Of a DNA stretch of 44,208 nt, positions 1 through 8,971 are shown piece after piece (position 1 is the stretch's first letter; the number at the start of each line of letters is the position of its first letter). Source of the stretch: a virus (lineage: Duplodnaviria; Caudoviricetes); the IMG/VR virus record IMGVR_UViG_3300043707_000036, positions 1 to 44,208 of that record; one strand, 5' to 3'. Both the position numbers and the translations under genes were made by a program. The notes below the pieces were generated by a model. That model saw only the letters and a program-made list of their open reading frames with translations. It was not told where the DNA came from and searched no databases.

Positions 1-1
1 T

Positions 2-220
2 AGCAGCTACAGCAAGAGTGAGAGATGGCGTAAGGCTAGACAACTGCGTTCGTCTATACGGGAAACGTGGTATCTCGAGACGGGGCCAACGTCGGATGAG
101 TGGCGTGCTATGTCTCCCGCGCAGAAAGCAATCTACCAACGTTGGCTACGCTACTACCGGAGACGAAGGTCACAGCGTAACTTATTGATGGGCAAGGACT
201 TAGACGCAGGCTACCTCTAG
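2..220 (+). CDS. Partial basic hypothetical protein (5'-truncated)
   Basis: Open frame from the window edge: ...EWRAMSPAQKAIYQRWLRYYRRRRSQRNLLMGKDLDAGYL*. Confidence 0.35.
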   Translation, partial: SSYSKSERWRKARQLRSSIRETWYLETGPTSDEWRAMSPAQKAIYQRWLRYYRRRRSQRNLLMGKDLDAGYL

Positions 221-381
221 GCTTCCCCTAGACTCGCGTCCGAGCCCTGGCTCGCGCAGCTCGGCCTCGGCGCGATACGGATGCGCAAGACCTCACGCAA
301 AATAACCAGGAATTGGCCTATACCATGGTAGAGAGTAAGGGACTGAGTACTGGGGACTTAGGTGGGGTGAGTCTCAGGGAC

Positions 382-1101
382 TCAAGGTCTATCGGTTTCG
401 GGTGGAACAAACAGGTGACCTTCAGGATCATGGATGGTTGCAATTCCTGCAGTTACAAGGAGTTCCAGGATCTCCTGCATGGACTCCCTGGTCTCAATCA
501 CCTTGGAGGAACTGCCTGAGTCCTCCCCTCCAGAGGTGGGGGAACAGCAACATGCCAGGAACCCACATAGGATCTCCCTCTCCGGCACAAACACATCCCC
601 CGTCTCGGCAGCTAAAGCCAACACACTCAACGTGGTAGACCGATTGTGAGCGGTGAGTTCCAGAGGTCCAGGTCCCAGGACAACTTGCCACCCACTGGCT
701 GTGGTGGAAATGGTGGAAGTGATCTTGACCTCTACATTATTTAGCTGATGTACTCTGGTAAGTCCAGTGAACTTAATGGTTTGCCCAACCTTGAAGGGAC
801 GCTTCTCCAAGAACAGGTGAGCATCGTGAGTGGCACCGGAGATGACTTGGGACTGTAGAATCTTGACCTTGGCATCTTCGTGTGGCTCAATCTCATCCCC
901 CAACTTATTCCCGATCTCCAGGAGGACTTCAGGGTTGATGGCAATCAGGGCTCCGGTCTCACATAAGTGCAACAGGATCAGCTTCATGACCTTCCTCTTC
1001 CTCTTCTTCTCCTGCTCAGGGGACTCGTCCAACCCCTTGATTCGCCAGGACCTCTTGCGAAAGGGCTGCACCCGCACCCGCTGCCGTGGAGGCAAGCTCA
1101 T
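382..1101 (-). CDS. Hypothetical protein with FlbD-like N- and C-terminal segments (alternative start 987)
   Basis: MKLILLHL..GALIAINPEVL ... KVIETRESMQEILELL resembles the FlbD/SwrD pattern; TGATG coupling at 1101. Confidence 0.6.
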   Translation of the reverse strand: MSLPPRQRVRVQPFRKRSWRIKGLDESPEQEKKRKRKVMKLILLHLCETGALIAINPEVLLEIGNKLGDEIEPHEDAKVKILQSQVISGATHDAHLFLEKRPFKVGQTIKFTGLTRVHQLNNVEVKITSTISTTASGWQVVLGPGPLELTAHNRSTTLSVLALAAETGDVFVPEREILCGFLACCCSPTSGGEDSGSSSKVIETRESMQEILELLVTAGIATIHDPEGHLFVPPETDRP

Positions 1102-1268
1102 CAGCCCCTCCCAACCAGTGCCTCAACATCCTTCATCCACTCAATTCTGGACTTCTCCCAGTCAGGAGTCTGTCCCGGATTGACCCCGCCGAGCAAAATC
1201 ACGGCCCTGCCCACCAACTCCCTCCAGGGCCTCACAATCTCATTGTTGTAGTCGGCCAGCTTGGTCAT
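1101..1268 (-). CDS. 55-aa hypothetical protein (divergent RAAELL-family member)
   Basis: Read manually: MTKLADYNNEIVRPWRELVGRAVILLGGVNPGQTPDWEKSRIEWMKDVEALVGRG; ATGA/TGATG overlaps at both ends. Confidence 0.7.
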   Translation of the reverse strand: MTKLADYNNEIVRPWRELVGRAVILLGGVNPGQTPDWEKSRIEWMKDVEALVGRG

Positions 1269-1564
1269 CGAGTCCCATGTCCCTTAGTCGACGCAGCCGC
1301 CTTGGCATCCTTGTGCTCCTCGCCCTTCTCATCGTCGGCGGCAGCGGCCTTGGCTTTGGTGGGAGCAGGCATCTGTTGGCCCATGGCCTTCATGACTTCC
1401 TCCAAAGTCTCCTTCACCAGAGTGGGTCCCTTGTCACTCTGGGTGATCTCAGTCCCCGTATCCGACTCTGCCATCCTCAGTACCTCATCCTCATTAATAG
1501 CAATAAGCTTCTCCGGCTGGGGAGTTGTGCCAGGCGTAAGGTGGTGAAACACATGCATCTTCAT
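1265..1564 (-). CDS. FlbD/SwrD-like small protein
   Basis: LIAINEDEVLRMAESDTGTEITQSDKGPTLVKETLEEVMKAM; AGGAGG RBS before ATG 1564. Confidence 0.65.
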   Translation of the reverse strand: MKMHVFHHLTPGTTPQPEKLIAINEDEVLRMAESDTGTEITQSDKGPTLVKETLEEVMKAMGQQMPAPTKAKAAAADDEKGEEHKDAKAAASTKGHGTR

Positions 1565-1690
1565 GATTGCCTCCTGCCAAAGGGGCCCCACCCATTAATG
1601 AGGCCCCCGCCTTTCATCGCACTTCATTGACACACAGGTTTATGCCCTGGATTATGACCTCCCACCAGAATTGTGGAAGAGGGACTGACA

Positions 1691-1918
1691 TCATACGCCC
1701 TTCCAGTGCGGCCAATTGAACCACTTCGGCCATCCCTGCCTCCCCCTGATTGCCCTGACCGCATCAAGCGAGTGGACCTGTGTCCTCACTGCCCCAGGCC
1801 TCGCCCTCAACTGCTCGAGCTGCACCGGCCTGGTGAACGGGACCGGCAAGTGTCTCCTCACCCACCTGTAGTGCTTCCCTTCCAGCAACCTAAGTGCGAC
1901 TGTTTGAGTTCTGAGCAT
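1691..1918 (-). CDS. Hypothetical protein
   Basis: ORF track; fills the gap in the - strand cluster. Confidence 0.45.
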   Translation of the reverse strand: MLRTQTVALRLLEGKHYRWVRRHLPVPFTRPVQLEQLRARPGAVRTQVHSLDAVRAIRGRQGWPKWFNWPHWKGV

Positions 1919-2075
1919 CCAACAACCCCAACCTCTTTAACTCCTTGACCTGCCTGGCCTTAGCTAAGTTCTCCCTGCATGCGGCGGTCTTGGCCGCACT
2001 CCTCGACTCCGCAATCTTCCTCATATGTTCCAACCAGGGACCTGTAACTTGCTGGTGGGACTTGCTTTTCTTCAT
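1890..2075 (-). CDS. Small basic protein, possible DNA binding
   Basis: SRSAAKTAACRENLAKAR motif of a kind common in small basic phage proteins. Confidence 0.6.
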   Translation of the reverse strand: MKKSKSHQQVTGPWLEHMRKIAESRSAAKTAACRENLAKARQVKELKRLGLLDAQNSNSRT

Positions 2076-2097
2076 TCCAGCATGGTACTACACGAGC

Positions 2098-2652
2098 GTG
2101 CCCAAGCAAGTCAAACAACTAGCTCCTCTCCTCACCCTCTTTGAGACAGCCTCCGGCTGCTACAGCCTGCGGCTGAGCGAAGTCTCGAAACGTGCCACTT
2201 TCCTCTCCATAGAGGTAGCCAAGCTCCTCCCAGACGCCCGCTCCCTCCAGGTCATCACTCCCAACGACATGAAAGTCTTCGACCTGGCCTCCGAAAGACA
2301 GGAGGCCGAAGCGGCTGACGCCTCCTACAAAGCCTTCAAGGAACAAGAGTTAGCTCAACGCAACGAAGCTGACATGCCCCCCAATCCTTTCGAGGAAACC
2401 GGACCTCCCATGTCCATGGACCAGGTCGTCGAGATAGAAGCTCAGGAGGATCAGAAGTCCAATGGCCAAGACAAACGCTTCCGCAGTCCCAAGCCGCGCC
2501 TTGGCAAGATGGCTGGATTCGACGAGCCGTGCCAACGTTGCTCGGGCACTGGACAGGTCCAGACCCTCATGGAAGGTGGACGACCCGCCACCGGAACTTG
2601 TCCAGTTTGTCAGGGAGAGAAACAGATTAGGCGCTTCGGAGCCAAGCGCTGA
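2098..2652 (+). CDS. Protein with C-terminal DnaJ-type zinc finger (start uncertain)
   Basis: CQRCSGTG...CPVCQGEK (CxxCxGxG-type repeats). Confidence 0.7.
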   Translation: MPKQVKQLAPLLTLFETASGCYSLRLSEVSKRATFLSIEVAKLLPDARSLQVITPNDMKVFDLASERQEAEAADASYKAFKEQELAQRNEADMPPNPFEETGPPMSMDQVVEIEAQEDQKSNGQDKRFRSPKPRLGKMAGFDEPCQRCSGTGQVQTLMEGGRPATGTCPVCQGEKQIRRFGAKR

Positions 2653-2669
2653 CCTCCGGCCTCCCAACC

Positions 2670-2795
2670 ATGTGGTGGAGACGCCTGGTCTGCATCCTGG
2701 CAGGTCATCACTGGCCCCCCTGGACGGCCCTCGACGAGAACGTATGGTGCATGCGCTGTGGCAAACTCATTCAACAGAAAGGAACCCACAAATGA
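2670..2795 (+). CDS. 41-aa zinc-ribbon protein (C..GH.W...CxRCG type)
   Basis: Read manually: MWWRRLVCILAGHHWPPWTALDENVWCMRCGKLIQQKGTHK; ATGA overlap with next gene. Confidence 0.7.
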   Translation: MWWRRLVCILAGHHWPPWTALDENVWCMRCGKLIQQKGTHK

Positions 2796-3013
2796 CCCAC
2801 TCCCTGAAAGACAAACTGGAAGCTATCTTCACTTACCACGACAACCCCGACCTCATCCCTCACTACGAAGCCATCCGCGAGAAGGCCAGAGAATTTGCTG
2901 TAGTCATCCTTGACAACACTCCCGAGTGTGCCGACCAGAGTGCAGCCATCCGCCTGGTCCGCGAAGCAGTAATGACCGCCAACGCCTCCATCGCCCTGGG
3001 AGGATTGGTGTGA
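2792..3013 (+). CDS. Acb2/Tad1-like helical-hairpin protein (candidate immune-signal sponge)
   Basis: FTYH...YEAIREKAREFA.VI...TPECADQSAAIRLVREAVMTANASIA; AAAGGA RBS. Confidence 0.7.
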   Translation: MTHSLKDKLEAIFTYHDNPDLIPHYEAIREKAREFAVVILDNTPECADQSAAIRLVREAVMTANASIALGGLV

Positions 3014-3201
3014 CCCAGGAACCCAAGTACACTCACAAGTCCTGGGGCATCACTCTGAAGATTGGTCCCTTCACCAAGGATGAGTGGGACAGGATGGCAG
3101 AGTTCAACCGTGACATGGCCCAACTCCTGGAAGGGGTCGAGGACGAACTCCACACCCAGTTCATCCTGCCCGACCATCTGATGTCCAAGGACGAGACATG
3201 A
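3010..3201 (+). CDS. Hypothetical protein
   Basis: GTGA/ATGA coupled on both sides. Confidence 0.65.
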   Translation: MTQEPKYTHKSWGITLKIGPFTKDEWDRMAEFNRDMAQLLEGVEDELHTQFILPDHLMSKDET

Positions 3202-3407
3202 TTGAGTTCTCCTGTAAAAATCCCCAGCACCCCTCCCACATCCCCCGCAACAAGGAGATGAAGGTGCTGGAAGAGGATGCCTTCCACGTAGTAGTGGCCT
3301 GCGTAGTCTGCCGCGACTACTACAACGCCGTCGCCGCCCAATACATCACCCTGCCCCGAGGCAAGGAGAGAGTCCAACATGACCTGGACCAAACAAGACG
3401 CCATTGA
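3198..3407 (+). CDS. Small Cys/His protein, possible zinc ribbon
   Basis: CKNPQH...CVVC; coupled. Confidence 0.6.
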   Translation: MIEFSCKNPQHPSHIPRNKEMKVLEEDAFHVVVACVVCRDYYNAVAAQYITLPRGKERVQHDLDQTRRH

Positions 3408-3951
3408 AGCTGGCCGCCGAGGTGGCCTGGCCAAGCACCGCAACTCCAAACGTGCCGACCCTGTCGTGATCGAAGGGGAAGTCAGCCAGCAGACTCATGC
3501 CATCCAAGCCAGGTGGGCTGCCGAGAAAGGTTCGGAAGAAGAGGTCACCGACTACTTCAGGAAGAGTGTCACCATCGAAGACGGCCTCCAACTCCTTGCC
3601 AGAATGCGCAAGAACTGTGAACTAGCCAGCTACGCCCTGAATGCCCGCATCACCGCCGACAATGACCGGGACAGGTGTGAGTTCTGCGGTGGCCGCAAAA
3701 AGGACCGCAAACAATGGGCCCTAGTCAGGCCCTTTCGAGATCCCACTACCATGTTAGTACGCAACCACTACTTCTGCTCCATCGAATGCGTAGCCCTCAT
3801 GAATAGACGGGACCAGGGAGTTTACGGCGTAAGCGACCGTGGCATGACTCCCGCCATGAATCCCCGCAACCACCCTGGCGAGAGAGGGGACGAACCAGCC
3901 CGCCTAGAAGCCGCAGTCAAGGAAGCATCCAAGAATGCTGAACCTTCATAA
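3379..3951 (+). CDS. Zinc-finger protein, candidate terminase small subunit
   Basis: Directly upstream of and overlapping TerL; EAGRRGG (KGG-like) motif and CEFC...FCSIEC zinc finger; TerS call is positional only. Confidence 0.5.
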   Translation: MTWTKQDAIEAGRRGGLAKHRNSKRADPVVIEGEVSQQTHAIQARWAAEKGSEEEVTDYFRKSVTIEDGLQLLARMRKNCELASYALNARITADNDRDRCEFCGGRKKDRKQWALVRPFRDPTTMLVRNHYFCSIECVALMNRRDQGVYGVSDRGMTPAMNPRNHPGERGDEPARLEAAVKEASKNAEPS

Positions 3952-5698
3952 CTTCGAGAGACTGTGCCACCGCCTGCCCATCAAGGACCGGGACACCGGC
4001 CTCTACCGCCGCTTCTCTTTCAACACTTCCCAGCAAAAGATCATGAAGCACCTCTACCAACGCCGGGAGAAAGGCTATCCCCTCTGGCTAATTTTCCTGA
4101 AAGCCCGTAGATTGGGTATCTCCACCTTTGTCAGAGCGATGTTGATAGCTCAGCAGTTGCAGAAGAAGAACTGCCAGGGCATGATTGTCGCCCAACTTGC
4201 CGAGACTGCGAGGGAACTATTCAATGAAGCAGTCCTGTTTGCCGAAGCCTTACCTTTCCATCTTCCTGCGCATACCCAACGAGAACTCTATTTCCCGCAC
4301 AGTGGAGGTGTCTCCAGCCTGCGCCGAGCAACTGCAAAAACAGTTATCGGAGGGCGAGGACTCACTCTTAATGGTGTTCATCTCACCGAAGCAGCTTTCT
4401 ATCCAGGAGAACAGAGTTTTGTTGCGCTTATTAACACGGTCTCGACGGAAGATCCCGACAACATGGTCGTCATCGAAACTACGGCAAACGGTATTGAAGG
4501 TCCTGGAGAAACATACTTCAACTACTGGAACGATGCTGTCGCTGGTAAAAACAACTTCATGCCTATCTTCCTCCCCTGGTGGGAAGACGCCTCAAGTTTC
4601 TTTCCAGACCGACTAGCCGAGGACGCCCCTGCCGACGACTACGAAAAGTGGTTGATGAAGGAATTCAAGGTCACCAAAGGTCAAATAGCATGGTACAGAC
4701 AAACTAAAGCAACTAAGTGTGGTGACTCTCCCAGTGTGTGGGCCCAGGAATATCCAGCCGACCCAAGCGAAGCTTTCCTCTCCAGCGGCAACCCAGTCTT
4801 CGACCGCGAAGAGATGCAGATGGCCATGAAGACTGTGGAGGAACCTAAGTGGCGTGGCCGCATCCGCCTCACCGGAGTCAACCCCGACAAACTCAATCCC
4901 AACGACCTCTACCGTGGCACCGCCACCTTTGAACAGACCAACTCCGGCAACCTACTCATCTGGGAAGAACCCAATCCAGGAGACCATTACTATGTTGGAG
5001 TGGATGCTGCTAAGGGCAATGTTGATGGGGATTTTGCCGCCGCTGTCGGATGGAATGCCGAGACCGGAGACCAAGCCTTTCGATACTCTTCCAAAGTTGG
5101 ACCTGAGCACCTGGCCTTCTACATCAACGCCCTGGGTCGACGCTACAACAATGCGGTCATTAACATCGAACTCACCGGAGGCTGGGGATGGGCCTGCATG
5201 AAAGAACTGCGTGACCGCTACCACTACCCCCAGCAATACCTCTGGATGTCCAAGGACGACCGTCCCGACCGCAAACCTCGCATGGCCCTTGGCTGGGAGA
5301 CCACCCTCAACTCCCGCAAGCGTCTCCTCATCGTCTACCGCACCAGTCTGCGCCAGGGCATCATGCACTCCAAGGACATCGAGACCGTCCAGCAAATGGT
5401 CAACATCCAGAACGAGATGGCCTTCAACTGGACCGTCACCAAAGGTCACGATGACATCCTGTTCGCCGCTATGCTGGGCTGGATAGCCTGCATCGACCAT
5501 CACTTCCCTCACGGAGGCCAACCAAGAGTTGCCCAGACTTATGTTGAAGATGCCAAGCCCAAAGTTGACTGGATCGAATCCCCGGAAACTTCTAGTTGGG
5601 GAATCCTGGGATGGTCCTCCACCGCCCACTTAACCAAACTCAACCTATGGAAGTCCCGTGAACGCACCAAGAACAAGAGCCTCCTGGAAGGCATATGA
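3935..5698 (+). CDS. terL: Terminase large subunit
   Basis: Walker A LKARRLGIST, Walker B VHLTEAAF, coupling motif ETTANG, RNase H-like nuclease YYVGVDAAKG...DF and GHDDILFA. Confidence 0.95.
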   Translation: MLNLHNFERLCHRLPIKDRDTGLYRRFSFNTSQQKIMKHLYQRREKGYPLWLIFLKARRLGISTFVRAMLIAQQLQKKNCQGMIVAQLAETARELFNEAVLFAEALPFHLPAHTQRELYFPHSGGVSSLRRATAKTVIGGRGLTLNGVHLTEAAFYPGEQSFVALINTVSTEDPDNMVVIETTANGIEGPGETYFNYWNDAVAGKNNFMPIFLPWWEDASSFFPDRLAEDAPADDYEKWLMKEFKVTKGQIAWYRQTKATKCGDSPSVWAQEYPADPSEAFLSSGNPVFDREEMQMAMKTVEEPKWRGRIRLTGVNPDKLNPNDLYRGTATFEQTNSGNLLIWEEPNPGDHYYVGVDAAKGNVDGDFAAAVGWNAETGDQAFRYSSKVGPEHLAFYINALGRRYNNAVINIELTGGWGWACMKELRDRYHYPQQYLWMSKDDRPDRKPRMALGWETTLNSRKRLLIVYRTSLRQGIMHSKDIETVQQMVNIQNEMAFNWTVTKGHDDILFAAMLGWIACIDHHFPHGGQPRVAQTYVEDAKPKVDWIESPETSSWGILGWSSTAHLTKLNLWKSRERTKNKSLLEGI

Positions 5699-6165
5699 CC
5701 AAGTACCCATTCCCCATCGACGTCTCCGGCATGTCGCTGGACCGCTACCTCACCAACCTCCTCAGCGCCCTAGTCAAGAAAGCTGGAGGCACTCTGCACA
5801 TCTCCGTCGCAGACATCCTCAAGGTCCAGGACCAAGTCCTCCTGCGTTATCCCACTAACAACATGCGTGAGATAGTGTTACAGTTGGCTCCACGCAACAC
5901 CGACATGTACGTTGTCCCGGAGGCACCCGCATGGCTGCAAGAACGCGCCCCTCAGCGACCAGCCACCCAGACAATTCCTACAGTCCCAACCCAGATGCCT
6001 CAACCAGCGGCCCAACCACGCATATCGAATACCCTGGACAATCTCCAGCTCTACCTCAAGGAGCAGGAACGGGAGGCAAGACTCAAGGAACTAGCCGAAG
6101 AGGACGAGCAGGAACAACGCCGCCTGGCTGGCCTCTCACCCTTCCGCACCATACCGGACAGATAA
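5695..6165 (+). CDS. Hypothetical protein
   Basis: ATGA coupled to TerL; C-terminal coiled coil. Confidence 0.75.
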   Translation: MTKYPFPIDVSGMSLDRYLTNLLSALVKKAGGTLHISVADILKVQDQVLLRYPTNNMREIVLQLAPRNTDMYVVPEAPAWLQERAPQRPATQTIPTVPTQMPQPAAQPRISNTLDNLQLYLKEQEREARLKELAEEDEQEQRRLAGLSPFRTIPDR

Positions 6166-6458
6166 CCTCTCAGCATGATCTTCGACAACAAGCCCTGGAC
6201 ACCTATTCTCAGCTGGGACGGGAATTCAACGCTGCCTACGCTTCATCTGTCACTCAAGCCATCCGAGGTCTCCTCATTGCTCTTCGTGCTAACCAGCGCC
6301 TCCTCGTCGAAGGAGGCCTGTACACAGCTAGAGAACTTGATGACCGCGTGGAACAGCTTCAGGAACACTTAAAGGTTGGGGGCGACGAAGGTAAGACCAC
6401 CATGGAAGACCGCTTCCACTCCTGGCTCAACGCTCCCGAAGAGGAGGAAGTAGCATGA
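5931..6458 (+). CDS. Hypothetical protein overlapping the upstream gene by 235 nt
   Basis: GGAGG 7 nt before ATG 5931; helical protein-like C-terminal half; ATGA coupled to next gene. Confidence 0.6.
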   Translation: MAARTRPSATSHPDNSYSPNPDASTSGPTTHIEYPGQSPALPQGAGTGGKTQGTSRRGRAGTTPPGWPLTLPHHTGQITSQHDLRQQALDTYSQLGREFNAAYASSVTQAIRGLLIALRANQRLLVEGGLYTARELDDRVEQLQEHLKVGGDEGKTTMEDRFHSWLNAPEEEEVA

Positions 6459-6655
6459 TTATTGACCCCGTAAAAGAGGTTGAATGGTGTCCCTACGAAC
6501 AGATTTTCCTAGAATACAGACAGCCGGACAATTCGTTCTCTCAGTTTCCCGAAATTACCGAAGTCAGGCGTTCCTGCATCAAGGACGCTGGCCACTCCGG
6601 CAACCACATAGTAATTGAGCCCCTGGATGACACGCCCATGGAATGCCCAAGATAG
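6455..6655 (+). CDS. Hypothetical protein (C...GH.G.H motif)
   Basis: GAGGAGG RBS; CIKDAGHSGNH. Confidence 0.7.
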   Translation: MIIDPVKEVEWCPYEQIFLEYRQPDNSFSQFPEITEVRRSCIKDAGHSGNHIVIEPLDDTPMECPR

Positions 6656-8338
6656 ATGGCCATCTATACCATCTCGACCAAGAAGACCGCTCCCGACCTG
6701 GACCCTCGTGCCCGTCACATCGACGAATGGGTGAGGGTGGCCGACGACAAGCGTAACCAGGTCCTGGGCATCGACTGGATGAACCAGATGGAGCTGTTCT
6801 ACGCCCTGACCACTATGGGCGGACCAATGCCCTCTTACCGGCCCTTAGTCAAAGTGCCGGAGCTGCAAACCCTGATGATGCGTGAGGCCAACGACCTCTC
6901 TGAGATCATGCCCCGCCCCTACATCATCAACGAAGACGATGGCAAGCGTGACAAGGACCGTGAGAAAGGTCTGCAATCGGAGTGGGCCCGAGCCCAGCTC
7001 AACTTCCACTCCATGTTCACCATCCTCATGTCGCTCTTCGTAGGTACTGCACCTATGCAGATAGGCTTCAACCCGGAATCCAGGAATGGCAAAGGTGCTC
7101 TGTGGGCCAAGATGCGTCCACCCGACTCCTGGCATCCCGACCCCTTCACTACCTACGAACTGGACTGGTCCTATGTTGTTGTCGAAGATTACATGTACCT
7201 GGAACGAGTGCGAAAACTATGGCCGGACACTAGTGTGGGACTCAAGCCCCGAGTCGCAGGACGCTCCGTATCCCCCTCTATCGGAGACAGCGGATATGGC
7301 TTCCAGATGCCTCCTGGTCCAATGTCCATGGTTCCTGGAATGCCCAATAGTCGAACGCTTCCTAACGACAACCGAGTCTGTGTGAGGTGGTGCTTCTGTG
7401 AGGACTATACCCGCGTCCGTATCGAAGACAAGCAGCTTCCAGACGGTGCAATTGTCCCAGCGGATTTTGAGTGGAAGTACCCAAATGGTCGTCTCCTGGT
7501 GGAGTCGGAAGGTCGGATACTTCAGGATGGGGACAACCCTTATCCGCTCAAGATGTTTCCCATCATTCCTTTTTGGAGTACCTTGCCCTTATATGGTCTA
7601 TGGACCATTCCAGCAGTACGTTTTTCCCACGATCTGCAAAGTCTCTCCGAAAGGATGTGGACCCAACTCTACGAGAATGCCGTCAGACTCAACAACGGAG
7701 TCTGGCTAATAGGTGAGAATACGGGTATTGATCCAGAGAAGTTTGGAGGCATGCCTGGTGAGGTACAGACAATAAATGCCAACTCCATCCGAGAAATCGA
7801 ATGCAAGTTTCCCCCTGCTTTTCCTCAGCACTTCATCACCCTCCCGCAACTTCTACTTGATAAGCAAAAGGAACTCCAGGGATTTACTGCTGCACGCCAA
7901 GGTCAGCCTGGAGCTGGAAACATCTCCCCAGAACTCTTCGACGCAAGCATCATGCGTAGTCAAGGCCTTACTCAGTTACGCGGCAGGCTCAACGCCTTCA
8001 CCTTCCAACGAATAGCTGAGTTCATGTACTACACCATGTGCCGCTACTACCGCCCCCAAAATCTCTCACTCAGGGGTGACCACGACGTCGAGTCGGTAGA
8101 GTGGAAACTGGCTCCCCGTCCCGACCAATACGACGTCCTCCTGGATTCAGCCTCTATCAGAGCCCTCTCTCAGGGTATGGTCCAACGCATGATTCCAGAC
8201 CTGCTGAAACTAGGAGCTGTAGACAAGCGGACTGCTCTTGAACAGCTTGAGTTCCCCGATGCAGGCGCAGTAGCTGAACGTATAGAGCGGGCTGAGGAGC
8301 TTGCTGCCTTGGCCAGGACCAGGGGAGTCCGAAGATGA
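6656..8338 (+). CDS. Portal protein
   Basis: 560 aa, between TerL and scaffold/MCP; FPIIPF, DLQ..SERMWTQL.EN, ELQGFT..RQG segments typical of P22-like portals. Confidence 0.85.
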   Translation: MAIYTISTKKTAPDLDPRARHIDEWVRVADDKRNQVLGIDWMNQMELFYALTTMGGPMPSYRPLVKVPELQTLMMREANDLSEIMPRPYIINEDDGKRDKDREKGLQSEWARAQLNFHSMFTILMSLFVGTAPMQIGFNPESRNGKGALWAKMRPPDSWHPDPFTTYELDWSYVVVEDYMYLERVRKLWPDTSVGLKPRVAGRSVSPSIGDSGYGFQMPPGPMSMVPGMPNSRTLPNDNRVCVRWCFCEDYTRVRIEDKQLPDGAIVPADFEWKYPNGRLLVESEGRILQDGDNPYPLKMFPIIPFWSTLPLYGLWTIPAVRFSHDLQSLSERMWTQLYENAVRLNNGVWLIGENTGIDPEKFGGMPGEVQTINANSIREIECKFPPAFPQHFITLPQLLLDKQKELQGFTAARQGQPGAGNISPELFDASIMRSQGLTQLRGRLNAFTFQRIAEFMYYTMCRYYRPQNLSLRGDHDVESVEWKLAPRPDQYDVLLDSASIRALSQGMVQRMIPDLLKLGAVDKRTALEQLEFPDAGAVAERIERAEELAALARTRGVRR

Positions 8339-8574
8339 GGGGAGAGTGGCTCACCTTCCGTGAACTCTCCCTAGTAACCAACATTGGCTGGAACAAACTC
8401 CGTTACCTCCGTGACTCCGGGGTCCTCACCGACCTGGGCATGATCCTCTACCAGAAGCCCTGCCACAAGCACTCCAGGTGGTGGATATGGGTTCCGAGCG
8501 TATTTTGTCACTCCCAGTTGCTTTCCCCCACCCAGCAAGTTGACTATCCTCCACGGGATGTACCGAAAACTTGA
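8335..8574 (+). CDS. Hypothetical protein, possible HTH/excisionase-like
   Basis: WLTFRELSLVTNIGWNKLRYL; ATGA coupled to portal. Confidence 0.5.
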   Translation: MRGEWLTFRELSLVTNIGWNKLRYLRDSGVLTDLGMILYQKPCHKHSRWWIWVPSVFCHSQLLSPTQQVDYPPRDVPKT

Positions 8575-8803
8575 GATCCTGAAGCGCAGCTCCCCTCACG
8601 ACGATGGCTGGATTGACCTGACTCTAGCACTTGACGGCAAACTAGCCGACCTGATGGTCAACCAACGGGACCTGGAAGGCAAATCCGAAGCCTGGTTCCA
8701 AGCCTTCTGTGTGAGGACAGCCGACTCTCTGATCTCAACCTACGGCGACTACCGCCACCAGCGAGATAGGTTCTCCGCTCTCCCTCTGGTGGAAAATCAA
8801 TGA
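8558..8803 (+). CDS. Hypothetical protein
   Basis: ORF track, first ATG used. Confidence 0.65.
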   Translation: MYRKLEILKRSSPHDDGWIDLTLALDGKLADLMVNQRDLEGKSEAWFQAFCVRTADSLISTYGDYRHQRDRFSALPLVENQ

Positions 8804-8817
8804 GAGGAGGTGCCCCT

Positions 8818-8886
8818 ATGTTCGAGCCTGGAAGGTTTGAAGAGAAGGGACGAGGCCGTCGGCGTCGTCATCGTAGTCGCAGGTAA
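8818..8886 (+). CDS. 22-aa protamine-like peptide
   Basis: MFEPGRFEEKGRGRRRRHRSRR; strong RBS GAGGAGGT. Confidence 0.7.
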   Translation: MFEPGRFEEKGRGRRRRHRSRR

Positions 8887-8899
8887 GGAGGAATCATCC

Positions 8900-8971
8900 A
8901 TGGCCGCAACACGTAGACCCGGAAGGGGCCGTCCTCGTGGTCCGAGTGGTCGCCGCCCAAGGAGGTACTAA
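8900..8971 (+). CDS. 23-aa Arg-rich peptide with AT-hook-like RGRPR
   Basis: MAATRRPGRGRPRGPSGRRPRRY; TAAGGAGG RBS; TAATG coupling downstream. Confidence 0.7.
   Translation: MAATRRPGRGRPRGPSGRRPRRY

Noticed and set aside
90-150. HMG-box-like EWRAMSPAQKAIY
   Set aside because: Only one short helix motif in a truncated ORF
1945-2097. N-terminal extension of the 1945-2652 ORF
   Set aside because: Overlaps the - strand gene 1890-2075; a later start is more plausible
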